A stretch of DNA of 64,000 nt from Pirellulales bacterium (GTDB taxonomy: Bacteria; Planctomycetota; Planctomycetia; Pirellulales; PALSA-1355). The notes under the pieces are model-generated. The model saw only the letters and a list, made by a program, of their open reading frames with translations, was not told the origin of the DNA and made no database searches. Location: the NCBI GenBank assembly GCA_963733035.1, contig CAVTBU010000006.1, forward strand, positions 544,001 to 608,000, written 5' to 3'. Below, one piece after another: positions 10,142 to 19,093 of the stretch (the stretch's first letter is position 1; each line of letters opens with the position of its first letter). The translations under genes were made by a program, and so were the position numbers.

Positions 10142-11209
10142 CTAGGGGTAGTCTTGGCCGAAGCCGACTTGCGCCATCCGCAAAAGCTCATTCAAGTCGC
10201 ACGGCCGTTGTTCAAACACCTCGCGACATAGTCGCCGGATGCGCTGCTGCTTTCCAAGATCAGTTAGATACTCCACCGGGCTCTTGCCGTCCAGGCGTGC
10301 CCAGGCGCAACCGGCTAAGTTTTGCACGCCACGGGTCCACAAGTTGGAAAGCTCATCCGCTGGTATTTTGGCGGCAAGAATTGTGTCGTATTGCGCGCGA
10401 AAAGTTTCTGCAAGTGCAAAGTACCGCGCGTGGTCCGGCGTCTTTTGACAGGCCTTGAGCAACAGGTGGCTGAGAAAAAACCCCAAGTCAAACGCCGGAT
10501 CGCCATAGTGTCCCGTTTCGAAGTCGACGAGGAATAGCCCAGCCGAAGAAATCAGCAGATTCTTCGGACTGAAATCCGCATGAACCAGCGAACGAGGCGA
10601 TTCTTCGAGTGATACAAGCAGGTGTTTGACCCCCTCCTTCGCGTCCGCCCGGTTAGCTGCCAGCGTGCGATAGTACGGATCGATTCGTAACTGTTCAAAA
10701 AGTGTCCGATCTCCGAAACGCAAGGCCATTTCGGTGTCTTGCCAACTGGCGGCGTGCAGACTTCCCAGCAAGGCGCCCGCAGCCGCAGCCACTTGGAGAT
10801 CGACGGTTCCGGCCAGAAGCTCTGCCTTCCAGACAATGTTTGGTCGAGGTGCGGCCGTCATCGCCAGTATGTACTCATCACGATCTTCGAAGAGTATTTG
10901 CGGCGTGCCGAAGGGAAGCGATGCGTCTGTGGTCACGGGCGCACGCGACAAGATTTCACTGCACGTGCGCAACACGTCGGCCTCGCGCCAGACGCGTTCG
11001 ATGTCGGAATACCATCGACTTTGCGTGCGCAGTTGAGCCCGGGCTTGTTTGAGCACGAAATCGCTGCCGAAAGTTTCGGATCTTTCGATCAACAGCACCA
11101 TGTTCGAAACGCCGCCGGTCAGTTCGCGGACAGTAACTTTCTCGCGGGGATCAATTCGTCCGGACCGGCGCAGGTAGTTTTCGGCGGACTCTTGATCGAT
11201 CAGTTGCAT
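10142..11209 (-). CDS. APH / methylthioribose-kinase-like phosphotransferase
   Basis: LTGGVSN glycine loop, FVLKQA, HADFSPKN catalytic loop, DFE, GDPAFD; start placed at MQLID (upstream ATG 11278 possible). Confidence 0.8.
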   Translation of the reverse strand: MQLIDQESAENYLRRSGRIDPREKVTVRELTGGVSNMVLLIERSETFGSDFVLKQARAQLRTQSRWYSDIERVWREADVLRTCSEILSRAPVTTDASLPFGTPQILFEDRDEYILAMTAAPRPNIVWKAELLAGTVDLQVAAAAGALLGSLHAASWQDTEMALRFGDRTLFEQLRIDPYYRTLAANRADAKEGVKHLLVSLEESPRSLVHADFSPKNLLISSAGLFLVDFETGHYGDPAFDLGFFLSHLLLKACQKTPDHARYFALAETFRAQYDTILAAKIPADELSNLWTRGVQNLAGCAWARLDGKSPVEYLTDLGKQQRIRRLCREVFEQRPCDLNELLRMAQVGFGQDYP

Positions 11210-11336
11210 TTGGCCAATATCTCCCTTGCCGCCGCGGTCGGTCAAGCGAGGCGCCGGCAGCTGGTCATGCGACTTCATTGACCGACGCCCGATGCTAACC
11301 TAAAACGCTAGTGACGCTGTCCAACGAACAAGTCCA

Positions 11337-12389
11337 ATGGACGGCGCAATATTGGCCCATTCGGAGTGCGTCGTGGATTCGCCGCTGCCGCCCTTTCGGC
11401 CGCATGTGCTGCTCAGGGGCGCTCACGCCCAAACGTTGGCCGGTGTCTACCTGCCGGGCCACCGCTACCCATACCGGGCACGTCAGCACCATGTCACCCT
11501 TTTGGACGGCGACCGACTTGTCCTCCACGACGATTGTCCGGATCAATGGCGGCCCGGGGATCGCGCCGCACTGCTGATTCACGGATTGGCGGGCTGTCAC
11601 GAAAGTGGCTATATGCAGCGCATTGCGCACAAACTTTCGGCGCACGGTGTGCGCGTTTTTCGCATGGATTTGCGCGGATGTGGGGCAGGCCAGCAGCTTG
11701 CCAGACTCCCCTATCACAGCGGCCGATCGGAGGACGCCGCGGCCGCATTGGCGGAAATCGCCCACATCGCGCCGCATACGCCGGTAACACTCGTCGGGTT
11801 TTCACTAGGGGGAAACATTGCGCTCAAGCTCGCAGGGGAATTGGAAGGCCGCCCGTGTGGGTACTTGGATAGCGCGATGGCAGTTTGTCCGCCGGCTGAC
11901 CTGGCGGCCTGTTCGCGGCAAATTCAAAAGCGGCCCAACACGCTCTACGATCAGTATTTCGTCAATCGGCTGCTCGAACAACTGGAAGCCCGGCGACATG
12001 CGTTGCCCCGTGAGCATGTCAGGCCGTTTGCAAGGGCGCCGCGAACCCTGTGGGAATTTGACAACCTATTCACGGCCGTGGTCTGCGGATTTGGTACGGC
12101 GGACAACTACTACGCGACGGCCAGTTCCCTGCCAGTTCTTTCGCGAATTCAACTACCGACTATGGTGCTGGCTTCGCGCGATGACCCAATGATTCCGCCG
12201 AGCGCGCTCGAGTCCGCGAAATTGCCGCCGGCCGTACGATTGCACATGACCGATCATGGCGGCCATTTGGGGTTTGTCGGTCGTGGCGGTGTCGATCCCG
12301 ACCGTCGGTGGATGGATTGGCGTGTGGTCGATTGGGTGCTGGCCGTCGATCGTGTGGTAACATCACAATCCGTGGCGGCACCCGGCTGA
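11337..12389 (+). CDS. Alpha/beta hydrolase, YheT-like
   Basis: HAQT, IHGLAG, DLRGCG, GFSLGG nucleophile elbow, DDPMIP, GGHLGF. Confidence 0.88.
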   Translation: MDGAILAHSECVVDSPLPPFRPHVLLRGAHAQTLAGVYLPGHRYPYRARQHHVTLLDGDRLVLHDDCPDQWRPGDRAALLIHGLAGCHESGYMQRIAHKLSAHGVRVFRMDLRGCGAGQQLARLPYHSGRSEDAAAALAEIAHIAPHTPVTLVGFSLGGNIALKLAGELEGRPCGYLDSAMAVCPPADLAACSRQIQKRPNTLYDQYFVNRLLEQLEARRHALPREHVRPFARAPRTLWEFDNLFTAVVCGFGTADNYYATASSLPVLSRIQLPTMVLASRDDPMIPPSALESAKLPPAVRLHMTDHGGHLGFVGRGGVDPDRRWMDWRVVDWVLAVDRVVTSQSVAAPG

Positions 12390-12432
12390 ACGTGCCGTTG
12401 CCGTTTCCTGGTCATCCCGGAGCCTGGTTTCA

Positions 12433-13158
12433 ATGCATTGGTCGAGCTTTCACTATCTGCCGCCATTTTTCTTGCTATTGGCCGCGCTGTTGGCGGTGGT
12501 GGTATTCGTCCTGCAAATCGGCATTCTGGGGTACGCGTACGAGAAAATTGGAATCCGTCGCCGCACCGCCTACTTAATCCTGTTGCTTTCGCTGCTGGGG
12601 TCGTACGTCAACATTCCCGTGGCCGAATTGCGGGGCCCGCAGACGGTGCAGTACAACGTCTATCACGACCGATGGGGGACGCCGTACATTGCACCCCAGT
12701 TCGAGCAGATTGGCACGGTGCTGGCACTAAATGTTGGAGGGGCCATCGTGCCCACTGTTCTCTCGATTTACCTTCTGTCCAAGAACCAGCTCTATATCCC
12801 GGCGATCGCGGGCATCGCGTTTGTCGCAGCTGTGGTGCACTCGCTCGCGGAGGTCGTGCCGGGCATGGGGGTAACCGTGCCCATCTTTGCACCGCCCATC
12901 GTATCTGCGGTTGTAGCCATGTTGTTGTCTCGACACTACGCAGCGCCATTGGCCTATATCTCCGGGTGCCTCGGTACGCTGATCGGGGCGGACCTGCTAA
13001 ACCTTACTGCGCTGACCGAATCGGGCGCGTCAATTGCCTCGATCGGTGGCGCGGGCACTTTTGACGGCGTGTTTTTGACGGGTATGTTGGCTGTGCTCTT
13101 GGCCGTGAGTCCACGGCCGCAGACCGACCAGGATGATACGCCACCGCCGAACTATTAA
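12433..13158 (+). CDS. DUF1614 membrane protein
   Basis: GSYVNIP, ALNVGGAIVP, GTLIGADLLNL, ASIGGAGTFDGVFLTG; multiple TM helices. Confidence 0.85.
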   Translation: MHWSSFHYLPPFFLLLAALLAVVVFVLQIGILGYAYEKIGIRRRTAYLILLLSLLGSYVNIPVAELRGPQTVQYNVYHDRWGTPYIAPQFEQIGTVLALNVGGAIVPTVLSIYLLSKNQLYIPAIAGIAFVAAVVHSLAEVVPGMGVTVPIFAPPIVSAVVAMLLSRHYAAPLAYISGCLGTLIGADLLNLTALTESGASIASIGGAGTFDGVFLTGMLAVLLAVSPRPQTDQDDTPPPNY

Positions 13159-13184
13159 ATGCATGCCTGCGCGACCTTGTCGCT

Positions 13185-13562
13185 TCAACTCGCCAATAGG
13201 CCGTACAGTAGTCCGGCCAAAACCAGACTCGAGATGACGACGTACGTCAAGTCGCGGCGATAAGCGAAGGCCAGCAGTGCGCCGATCACACGGGCGATCG
13301 GCGTGGCGACCAGCAAGAGCAGGCCGAGTTGGATCCAACCCTGCGGGTCGCGGTGGGCGGCATCCGCGACGATACCTCGAACGCTTTTCAGGTCGTCCGG
13401 CTCGCCGCGGAACAAGCCGTAGTGCGGGAGCTCACCGCCGTGCTGCGTCAGGAATGCGATTCCACCCAGACCGATGACCAGGGCGGCAATGATGGTGCCC
13501 CAGCGCAGCACCGCCCCTAGGGCAACTTCCGTGGTTTCCTCCACGTTTGCATCTGTGTTCAT
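13185..13562 (-). CDS. DUF1634 membrane protein
   Basis: Three TM helices; IQLGLLLLVATPIARV motif; directly downstream of a TSUP transporter (a usual pairing). Confidence 0.85.
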   Translation of the reverse strand: MNTDANVEETTEVALGAVLRWGTIIAALVIGLGGIAFLTQHGGELPHYGLFRGEPDDLKSVRGIVADAAHRDPQGWIQLGLLLLVATPIARVIGALLAFAYRRDLTYVVISSLVLAGLLYGLLAS

Positions 13563-13563
13563 G

Positions 13564-14416
13564 CTAGAAGTTGCCCCGCAGGCCGTTGATGATCATCTGT
13601 GCCGCAAGTGCCGAGACCAACACTGCAAATACCGCGCAGCACGCCGACCCGTCCGCGTGCAAGTAGCTTAGCGCCAATCGTGGCGCCACACAGCACCCCC
13701 AGGACGATTGGCATCGAAAGGCCCGGGTCGAGATAGCCGCGGTGCAAGTAAACACTGGCACTCGCAGCGGCGGTGACTCCAATCATGAAATTGCTGGTCG
13801 TCGTGGAAACCTTGAACGGAACCCGCATGGCCCGGTCCATCGCCAGCACTTTGACGGCACCGGATCCGATGCCAAGTAGTCCCGATAGTACGCCAGCCAC
13901 GTACATCAGGCCAAAGCCCAGGGGAACTGCGTGCACGCCGTACGCTTGCAAACCGGTCGGAGTGGGGTAAGTGGAGTTGAGCCTGAGCCGCGTCGAAAGG
14001 CGAGTGACCTGTGCGTCGGGCTTGACCGGTGGCACGCCTTTGAGCGATAAGTATGCCGAGAAAAGTAGCACGATGCCGAAGATGACGGCGATCAGATCCG
14101 CGCTAGCACCAATGGCCAGGGCCGCGCCCGTGAGCGCGCCGGCCGTGGTAGCGATTTCCAGCAATAGTCCGAGGCGGATGTTGGTATAGCCCTCACGCAC
14201 GTACGCAGCCGCTGCTCCGGAGGAAGTTGCGATGACCGCCAGCAGCGAAGTGCCGATTGCGTAGCGAATATCAACGCCGAACAGGAGCGTCAGCATGGGC
14301 ACGATAACCACGCCGCCGCCCAGTCCTGTAAGTGAGCCGAGAAGTCCGGCGAGGAACGCACCGGCGCCGACCAACAAGGAGAATTGCCAAATCGTCAGCC
14401 CAACGTCATCCAGCAT
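13564..14416 (-). CDS. TauE/SafE (TSUP) family transporter, apparent frameshift near 13635
   Basis: GSLTGLGGGVVIVP, SGLLGIGSG, KVSTTTSNFMIGVT; the last helix (AVFAVLVSALAAQMIINGLRGNF) lies in another frame and is restored by +GC. Confidence 0.85.
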
Positions 14417-14442
14417 CGGTTTCCGACCCTTGCTGCGCAACA

Positions 14443-14478
14443 AAAGAGAAGGTCGCGCGCAAGCGCGACCTTCTCTTT
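14443..14478 (-). terminator. Intrinsic terminator downstream of the RRM gene
   Basis: Perfect 16-bp inverted repeat AAAGAGAAGGTCGCGC-GCAA-GCGCGACCTTCTCTTT; U-rich 3' side on both strands. Confidence 0.85.
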
Positions 14479-14540
14479 GTATCCTGACTTGGCTAACGCA
14501 CCAAGACGATCCCTAGCGCATCTCACCGAGCCTGAGACGA

Positions 14541-14873
14541 CTAATAGCGGCCGCGGCCACCGCCGCCGCCACCATAACCGCCACGACCACCGCGGCCACC
14601 ACCGCCGCCGCCGCCGCCACGGTCTTCGCGGGGACGAGCTTCGTTGACGGCCAACGGGCGACCGTTATGTTCTTGTTCGTTGAGACCGTTGATTGCGGCC
14701 TGGGCTTCGGCGTCACTGCCCATCTCAACAAAACCAAAACCCTTGCTACGGCCGGTCTCACGATCCTGAATCACCTGGGCACTGGTGACGGTGCCGAACT
14801 CGGAGAACATCTGCTCGAGTTCCGAGCTGTTCACGCCATAGCTCAGGTTTCCCACGTACAACTTCTTACCCAC
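14541..14873 (-). CDS. RRM (RNP-1) RNA-binding protein with Gly/Arg-rich tail
   Basis: KLYVGNL (RNP2), KGFGFVEM (RNP1), GGGGRGGRGGY tail; GTG start with GGAG SD. Confidence 0.93.
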   Translation of the reverse strand: MGKKLYVGNLSYGVNSSELEQMFSEFGTVTSAQVIQDRETGRSKGFGFVEMGSDAEAQAAINGLNEQEHNGRPLAVNEARPREDRGGGGGGGGRGGRGGYGGGGGGRGRY

Positions 14874-15035
14874 TGCAAAACTCCTGTACGATGCGCACAA
14901 CACGACCCAACTTGACTTTCCGGGTCGCAGAAGAAAGGGGCCAAACTGGCGGCCCAACCGGTGGCAGGGCGATAGAGGCTACCGAGAGCAGCATGAACTA
15001 GCGTCGTGGACTCGCTCGACGAACCAACCGCGCAA

Positions 15036-15044
15036 AGTATATCA
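15036..15044 (-). promoter_or_regulatory. Putative extended -10 promoter of the RRM gene
   Basis: TGATATACT on the minus strand about 160 nt upstream of the GTG start. Confidence 0.4.
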
Positions 15045-15183
15045 TGTTTTGCGATTGCGTATATAGCGGCCACGCGTTATGGGCGGTGCCGCATCGCACC
15101 ACCGCCGAATGTTTGTGAAATAAATCACAGCCCGGTCTGGCCCAACTTCGAATCGGGCGAGCCTATTTGGAAGCGAGACTCGA

Positions 15184-15678
15184 ATGGCGACAACAGCCAA
15201 GCCCTTGGTCGGCGTCATAATGGGCAGTAAATCCGACTGGGACACCTTGCGGCACGCGGACGAACTGCTGACCAGCTTTGGGGTTGAGCACGAGTGTCGC
15301 GTGGTTTCCGCCCACCGCACGCCCGATTGGATGCGAGAATACGCCACTACGGCCACGCAGCGCGGATTGAAAGTGATCGTCGCCGGGGCAGGCGGGGCAG
15401 CGCACTTGCCCGGCATGGTGGCGGCTCACACGACGCTTCCGGTACTGGGGGTGCCGGTGGAAAGCCGTGCCCTCAAGGGGTTGGACTCGATGCTTTCGAT
15501 CGTTCAAATGCCCGGCGGCGTGCCGGTTGCAACGCTGGCGATCGGCAAGGCAGGGGCCATCAATGCGGCTTTGCTGGCCATCAGTATCCTGGCCTTGAAC
15601 TCGCCAGAACTGGCGACCAAGCTGGCCAAGTTTCGCCAAGAACAAACCGACGAAGTGCTGAGGGTGGAATTGCCGTGA
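15184..15678 (+). CDS. purE: N5-CAIR mutase
   Basis: [38 protein letters not shown]. Confidence 0.96.
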   Translation: MATTAKPLVGVIMGSKSDWDTLRHADELLTSFGVEHECRVVSAHRTPDWMREYATTATQRGLKVIVAGAGGAAHLPGMVAAHTTLPVLGVPVESRALKGLDSMLSIVQMPGGVPVATLAIGKAGAINAALLAISILALNSPELATKLAKFRQEQTDEVLRVELP

Positions 15679-16826
15679 TGCACACAGTTTTGCCGGGCGC
15701 GACAATCGGCGTGTTGGGTAGCGGCCAGTTAGGACGCATGTTTGCCATCGCGGCACGACGGATGGGTTATCGTGTGCACACGTTTTCACCTGACGATGAC
15801 ACCCCGACCGGTCAGGTGGCCGACTGGGAGACAACCGCTCCCTACGAGGATCTCGATGCCGTCCGCCGGTTTGCCGAACACGTGGATGTAGTGACCTTCG
15901 AGTTTGAAAATATTCCTTCCAGTACGGTGGAGCGGGCGTCCCAGTACGTGCCCGTGCGTCCCGGAGGCGCCGTGCTTCACACCACGCAGCACCGGCTACG
16001 TGAAAAGACGTTCCTTTGCGGTGGGGGGTTTCCCGTGGTTCCGTTTCGTGCCGTGCGGTCGCTTAGCGACCTGACCTCGGCGCTAATGGAACTTGGCAGC
16101 CCCGCGGTATTAAAGACTGCCGGCTGGGGATATGACGGCAAGGGGCAAGCAAAGATTACCGCCCCTGACGAGGCACCCCAGGCGTGGGCCGCGGTCGACA
16201 CGCGCGAAGCCGTGCTGGAAGCATTCGTGGACTTCGAATGCGAGGTATCGGTCGTTGCGGCTCGCTCGATTGATGGAGAGCTGGCCGACTATGGTGTGAT
16301 CGGCAACAGCCATCGCGATCATATTCTTGACGTTTCGGTGGCGCCGGCGGACCTGCCGCGCGACGTGGCGCAAGAAGCCGTGCGAATTGCCCGAGCCGTG
16401 CTCGAGGCACTCGATGTCGTCGGAGTGCTGTGCGTAGAGTTCTTTGTCACCCACGAGCGAAACTTGCTAATCAACGAGTTGGCGCCGCGACCGCATAACT
16501 CGGGGCATTTGACGTTCGATGCGTCGGTGACCAGCCAATTTGAGCAGCAACTTCGCGCCATCTGCGGACTACCGCTGGGCTCGACCGAACTATTGCGGCC
16601 CGCGGCGATGGCAAACTTGTTGGGCGATCTATGGACCGATGGTGAACCCGACTGGTCCGCAGCCTGCGGAATGCCGGAAGTCAAGCTGCATTTGTACGGC
16701 AAGGAGCAGGCTCGTCTCGGCCGCAAGATGGGACACTTAACCGCGCTGGCGGCCGACCCACATGCGGCCGCCGAGGTGGTGCTTGCGGCTCGCCGCTCGC
16801 TGACAGTCGGGCGATTCAAAGGTTAG
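15678..16826 (+). CDS. purK: N5-CAIR synthetase
   Basis: IGVLGSGQLGRM, TFEFEN, GYDGKGQ, NELAPRPHNSGH, RKMGH; overlaps the purE stop. Confidence 0.95.
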   Translation: MHTVLPGATIGVLGSGQLGRMFAIAARRMGYRVHTFSPDDDTPTGQVADWETTAPYEDLDAVRRFAEHVDVVTFEFENIPSSTVERASQYVPVRPGGAVLHTTQHRLREKTFLCGGGFPVVPFRAVRSLSDLTSALMELGSPAVLKTAGWGYDGKGQAKITAPDEAPQAWAAVDTREAVLEAFVDFECEVSVVAARSIDGELADYGVIGNSHRDHILDVSVAPADLPRDVAQEAVRIARAVLEALDVVGVLCVEFFVTHERNLLINELAPRPHNSGHLTFDASVTSQFEQQLRAICGLPLGSTELLRPAAMANLLGDLWTDGEPDWSAACGMPEVKLHLYGKEQARLGRKMGHLTALAADPHAAAEVVLAARRSLTVGRFKG

Positions 16827-16852
16827 AGCGACTTCTGTAAGAAAGGCCTGCG

Positions 16853-17299
16853 ATGATTCTCGATGACCTGACAAACGCCAATCGGTATGCTGAATTCCAC
16901 GACGGATTTCGGGCCGGATTCGAGTTTCTCAAGCGGCCCGATCTCCTTACGCTGGAGGGCGGCCGGCACGAAATCGACGGGGATCGGGTGTTTGCCCTCA
17001 TCAATCGCGATTCGGGGAGAGGGCGCGCGGGAGCGCGGCTCGAGGCTCATCGCAAGTACATCGACATCCAGTTTCTCGTCGATGGCGACGAGGAAATCGG
17101 CTGGCGGCCAATCGGCGAGTGCCGGTCGTTGAGCGAACCGTATACCGACTCCAGAGACGTCATGTTTTACGCCGACCCGCCAGCCTCCTGGGTTGTACTT
17201 CCAGTGGGGAAGTTCATGATCTTCTACCCCGAGGATGCCCACGCTCCGCTGGCCGCACATGGTGACAACGTGAAGGCGGTCATCAAAGTAGCGGTCTGA
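16853..17299 (+). CDS. YhcH/YjgK/YiaL family protein
   Basis: LEAHRKYIDIQ, FYPEDAHAP, KAVIKV. Confidence 0.9.
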   Translation: MILDDLTNANRYAEFHDGFRAGFEFLKRPDLLTLEGGRHEIDGDRVFALINRDSGRGRAGARLEAHRKYIDIQFLVDGDEEIGWRPIGECRSLSEPYTDSRDVMFYADPPASWVVLPVGKFMIFYPEDAHAPLAAHGDNVKAVIKVAV

Positions 17300-17387
17300 G
17301 GGGGTTGTTTCTGGCCGATTTCCCCGCCTGCGTATAATAGGGCTGAAGCGAAATCGACCGGCTTGCCGCCAGCCCAGTGAGCATGCA

Positions 17388-17978
17388 TTGAACGAGCAGC
17401 CGTCACTCCCGCCAGACGAACACGACGCGACGCTCAAGACGCCGCAATTTTCGCTGCGTACCTTGTTGGTTGTCACCACCGTTGCGGCGGGATTACTGGC
17501 GCTAATGATGTCCGTAGGCGCCGTGTGGGCGATGGCGATCCTGTTCTTCTTGGCGCTAGTCGGTGCCCACGTGATTGGGAACTCGTTGGGAACGCGACTG
17601 CGCGATGGAGCGGTGGCGCGTTCGGACGTACGATCCGTAGTAGCCGGACCGGTGCGCGCGTCGAAGCAAACAACAGTTCCGGATCCAACGCGGCTGCAAG
17701 AACGCAACCGGCTGCACTGGATCAATGGGGTGTTCACAATCGCCGGTGCGATTGCAGGCGGCTATTATGGCGGGACTGCGCTCGCCGAAACCTATCCGGA
17801 AGCGACAATGGCGGCTTGCGTGTTGGCCTATATTTCGAGTGGCGTGCTTGGCGGGTTCGCGGTTTTCGCCGGCAGCAGTTTTTTGTCGGTCGTGCGGCAG
17901 GCATTGAGCGAGGCCCATGCTGGCAGCGATCGTCGAGGTCCTCAGATGCCACGCACCAATTCAATCGAGCGGAACTAG
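17388..17978 (+). CDS. Hypothetical membrane protein
   Basis: QFSLRTLLVVTT N-terminal motif typical of planctomycete membrane proteins; about 4 TM helices; TATAAT at 17333-17338 upstream. Confidence 0.7.
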   Translation: MNEQPSLPPDEHDATLKTPQFSLRTLLVVTTVAAGLLALMMSVGAVWAMAILFFLALVGAHVIGNSLGTRLRDGAVARSDVRSVVAGPVRASKQTTVPDPTRLQERNRLHWINGVFTIAGAIAGGYYGGTALAETYPEATMAACVLAYISSGVLGGFAVFAGSSFLSVVRQALSEAHAGSDRRGPQMPRTNSIERN

Positions 17979-18533
17979 CGTCTTTGAAAAGACAATCTCC
18001 ACGGCTGCGTCTTGATTGTAGGGCAAGTTCGGAAGACGCGTGAGCCGATCGGCAAAGCCAATCAACGCCGCGGTTTCCAGCCCCAAGAATCGCTCTTCAC
18101 GGACCTCCTTACGCACGCGGCGGAAAAGGGCACCGGCGCGGGCACCGAGTCGAGCGACTCCCGTCGGGCGACCTTCGCGGACTTTGACGCCGGCGGCGGC
18201 CAGCTTGATCAGGCCCTTGAGAAAGTCGGCCACGTCACCGCGGCGACCACAGGCTTGCCAAACCGCCTCCCAGGCTTCATGCGCTTCCCAGTAGTAGCCA
18301 TGATTGAATAGCTCGCAACCGAGCAAGTACTGGCGCGAGTGGCGCCAATTTTGCGAGTCGATCGCGTTCGCGCGCAGCTCATGGCCATGGCTGTGGCCCC
18401 CCGGATCTCTTGTGGGATGGGGATATCGTCCCGTGACGTACGAATACGTTGGCAGCTCTGCGTCGGGAACAAGTCGCGGTGGTTGCCGACACTTCTTGCC
18501 CAATGACTGGGGTTCGCACATCCGGTCGTTCAT
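17961..18533 (-). CDS. DUF309 family protein
   Basis: GCELFNHGYYWEAHEAWEAVW, FLKGLIKLAAA; start uncertain. Confidence 0.85.
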   Translation of the reverse strand: MNDRMCEPQSLGKKCRQPPRLVPDAELPTYSYVTGRYPHPTRDPGGHSHGHELRANAIDSQNWRHSRQYLLGCELFNHGYYWEAHEAWEAVWQACGRRGDVADFLKGLIKLAAAGVKVREGRPTGVARLGARAGALFRRVRKEVREERFLGLETAALIGFADRLTRLPNLPYNQDAAVEIVFSKTLVPLD

Positions 18534-18543
18534 GTAGTTCGGT

Positions 18544-18873
18544 TCAACGGTCGCCATCATCTTGCTCCACAATTACCGCCGTACCATAGGCCAAAACCTC
18601 AGTTGCACCTTGCATGATTTCTGTGGCGTCGTAGCGTACGCTGATGATCGCGTTGGCATCCATTGCCGCGGCATGTTGGATCATCAAGTCAAAAGCTTCG
18701 GCCCGCGCGTGCTCACAGAGGTTGGTGAGAATTGAAATATTGCCGCCGAAGAGTGACTGCAAGCTCGCGCCGAGGTTGCCCACGACACTTCGCGAGCGCA
18801 CCGTGACACCTCGGACCACGCCCAAGTTCCGCGTAATGCGATATCCGGGCAACTCCCAGGAGGTGGTTACCAT
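18544..18873 (-). CDS. YbjQ / UPF0145 family protein
   Basis: LGVVRG, GGNI, ANAIISVRYD, EVLAYGTAV; start may be further upstream. Confidence 0.88.
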   Translation of the reverse strand: MVTTSWELPGYRITRNLGVVRGVTVRSRSVVGNLGASLQSLFGGNISILTNLCEHARAEAFDLMIQHAAAMDANAIISVRYDATEIMQGATEVLAYGTAVIVEQDDGDR

Positions 18874-19093
18874 GGGATTCGTAACCAATGTCGCTTGCGG
18901 ATGAGGATGGACCGCTGCACTCCAACTTGCGTTACTCACTGGGTTACTCCTTTCGCTAACGCGAAGGTCCACATCGCCGGCCCTGAAATGCGGACCCGCG
19001 CGCGTTTTGTGCTTGCGAAATGCGGGCCCGGAAGGTCAAACTTGAAACCCCGGACAGCCGAACGGCGGCCGGGTTTCGACGTCTCTCTCGCTC

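Noticed and set aside
14555..14620. (CCG/CCA)n tandem repeat
   Set aside because: It simply encodes the Gly/Arg-rich tail of the RRM protein.
15294..15677. N-terminal extensions in the ORF track (purK from 15294, hyfB from 44958, ABC ATPase from 40412, SRAP from 22583)
   Set aside because: They overlap other genes or lack homology; family N-termini indicate later starts.
16823..17737. Long antisense ORFs (e.g. 16823..17737, 5832..6767, 31571..32407, 63014..63781)
   Set aside because: Shadow or alternative frames of well-supported genes, expected in GC-rich DNA; no motifs.
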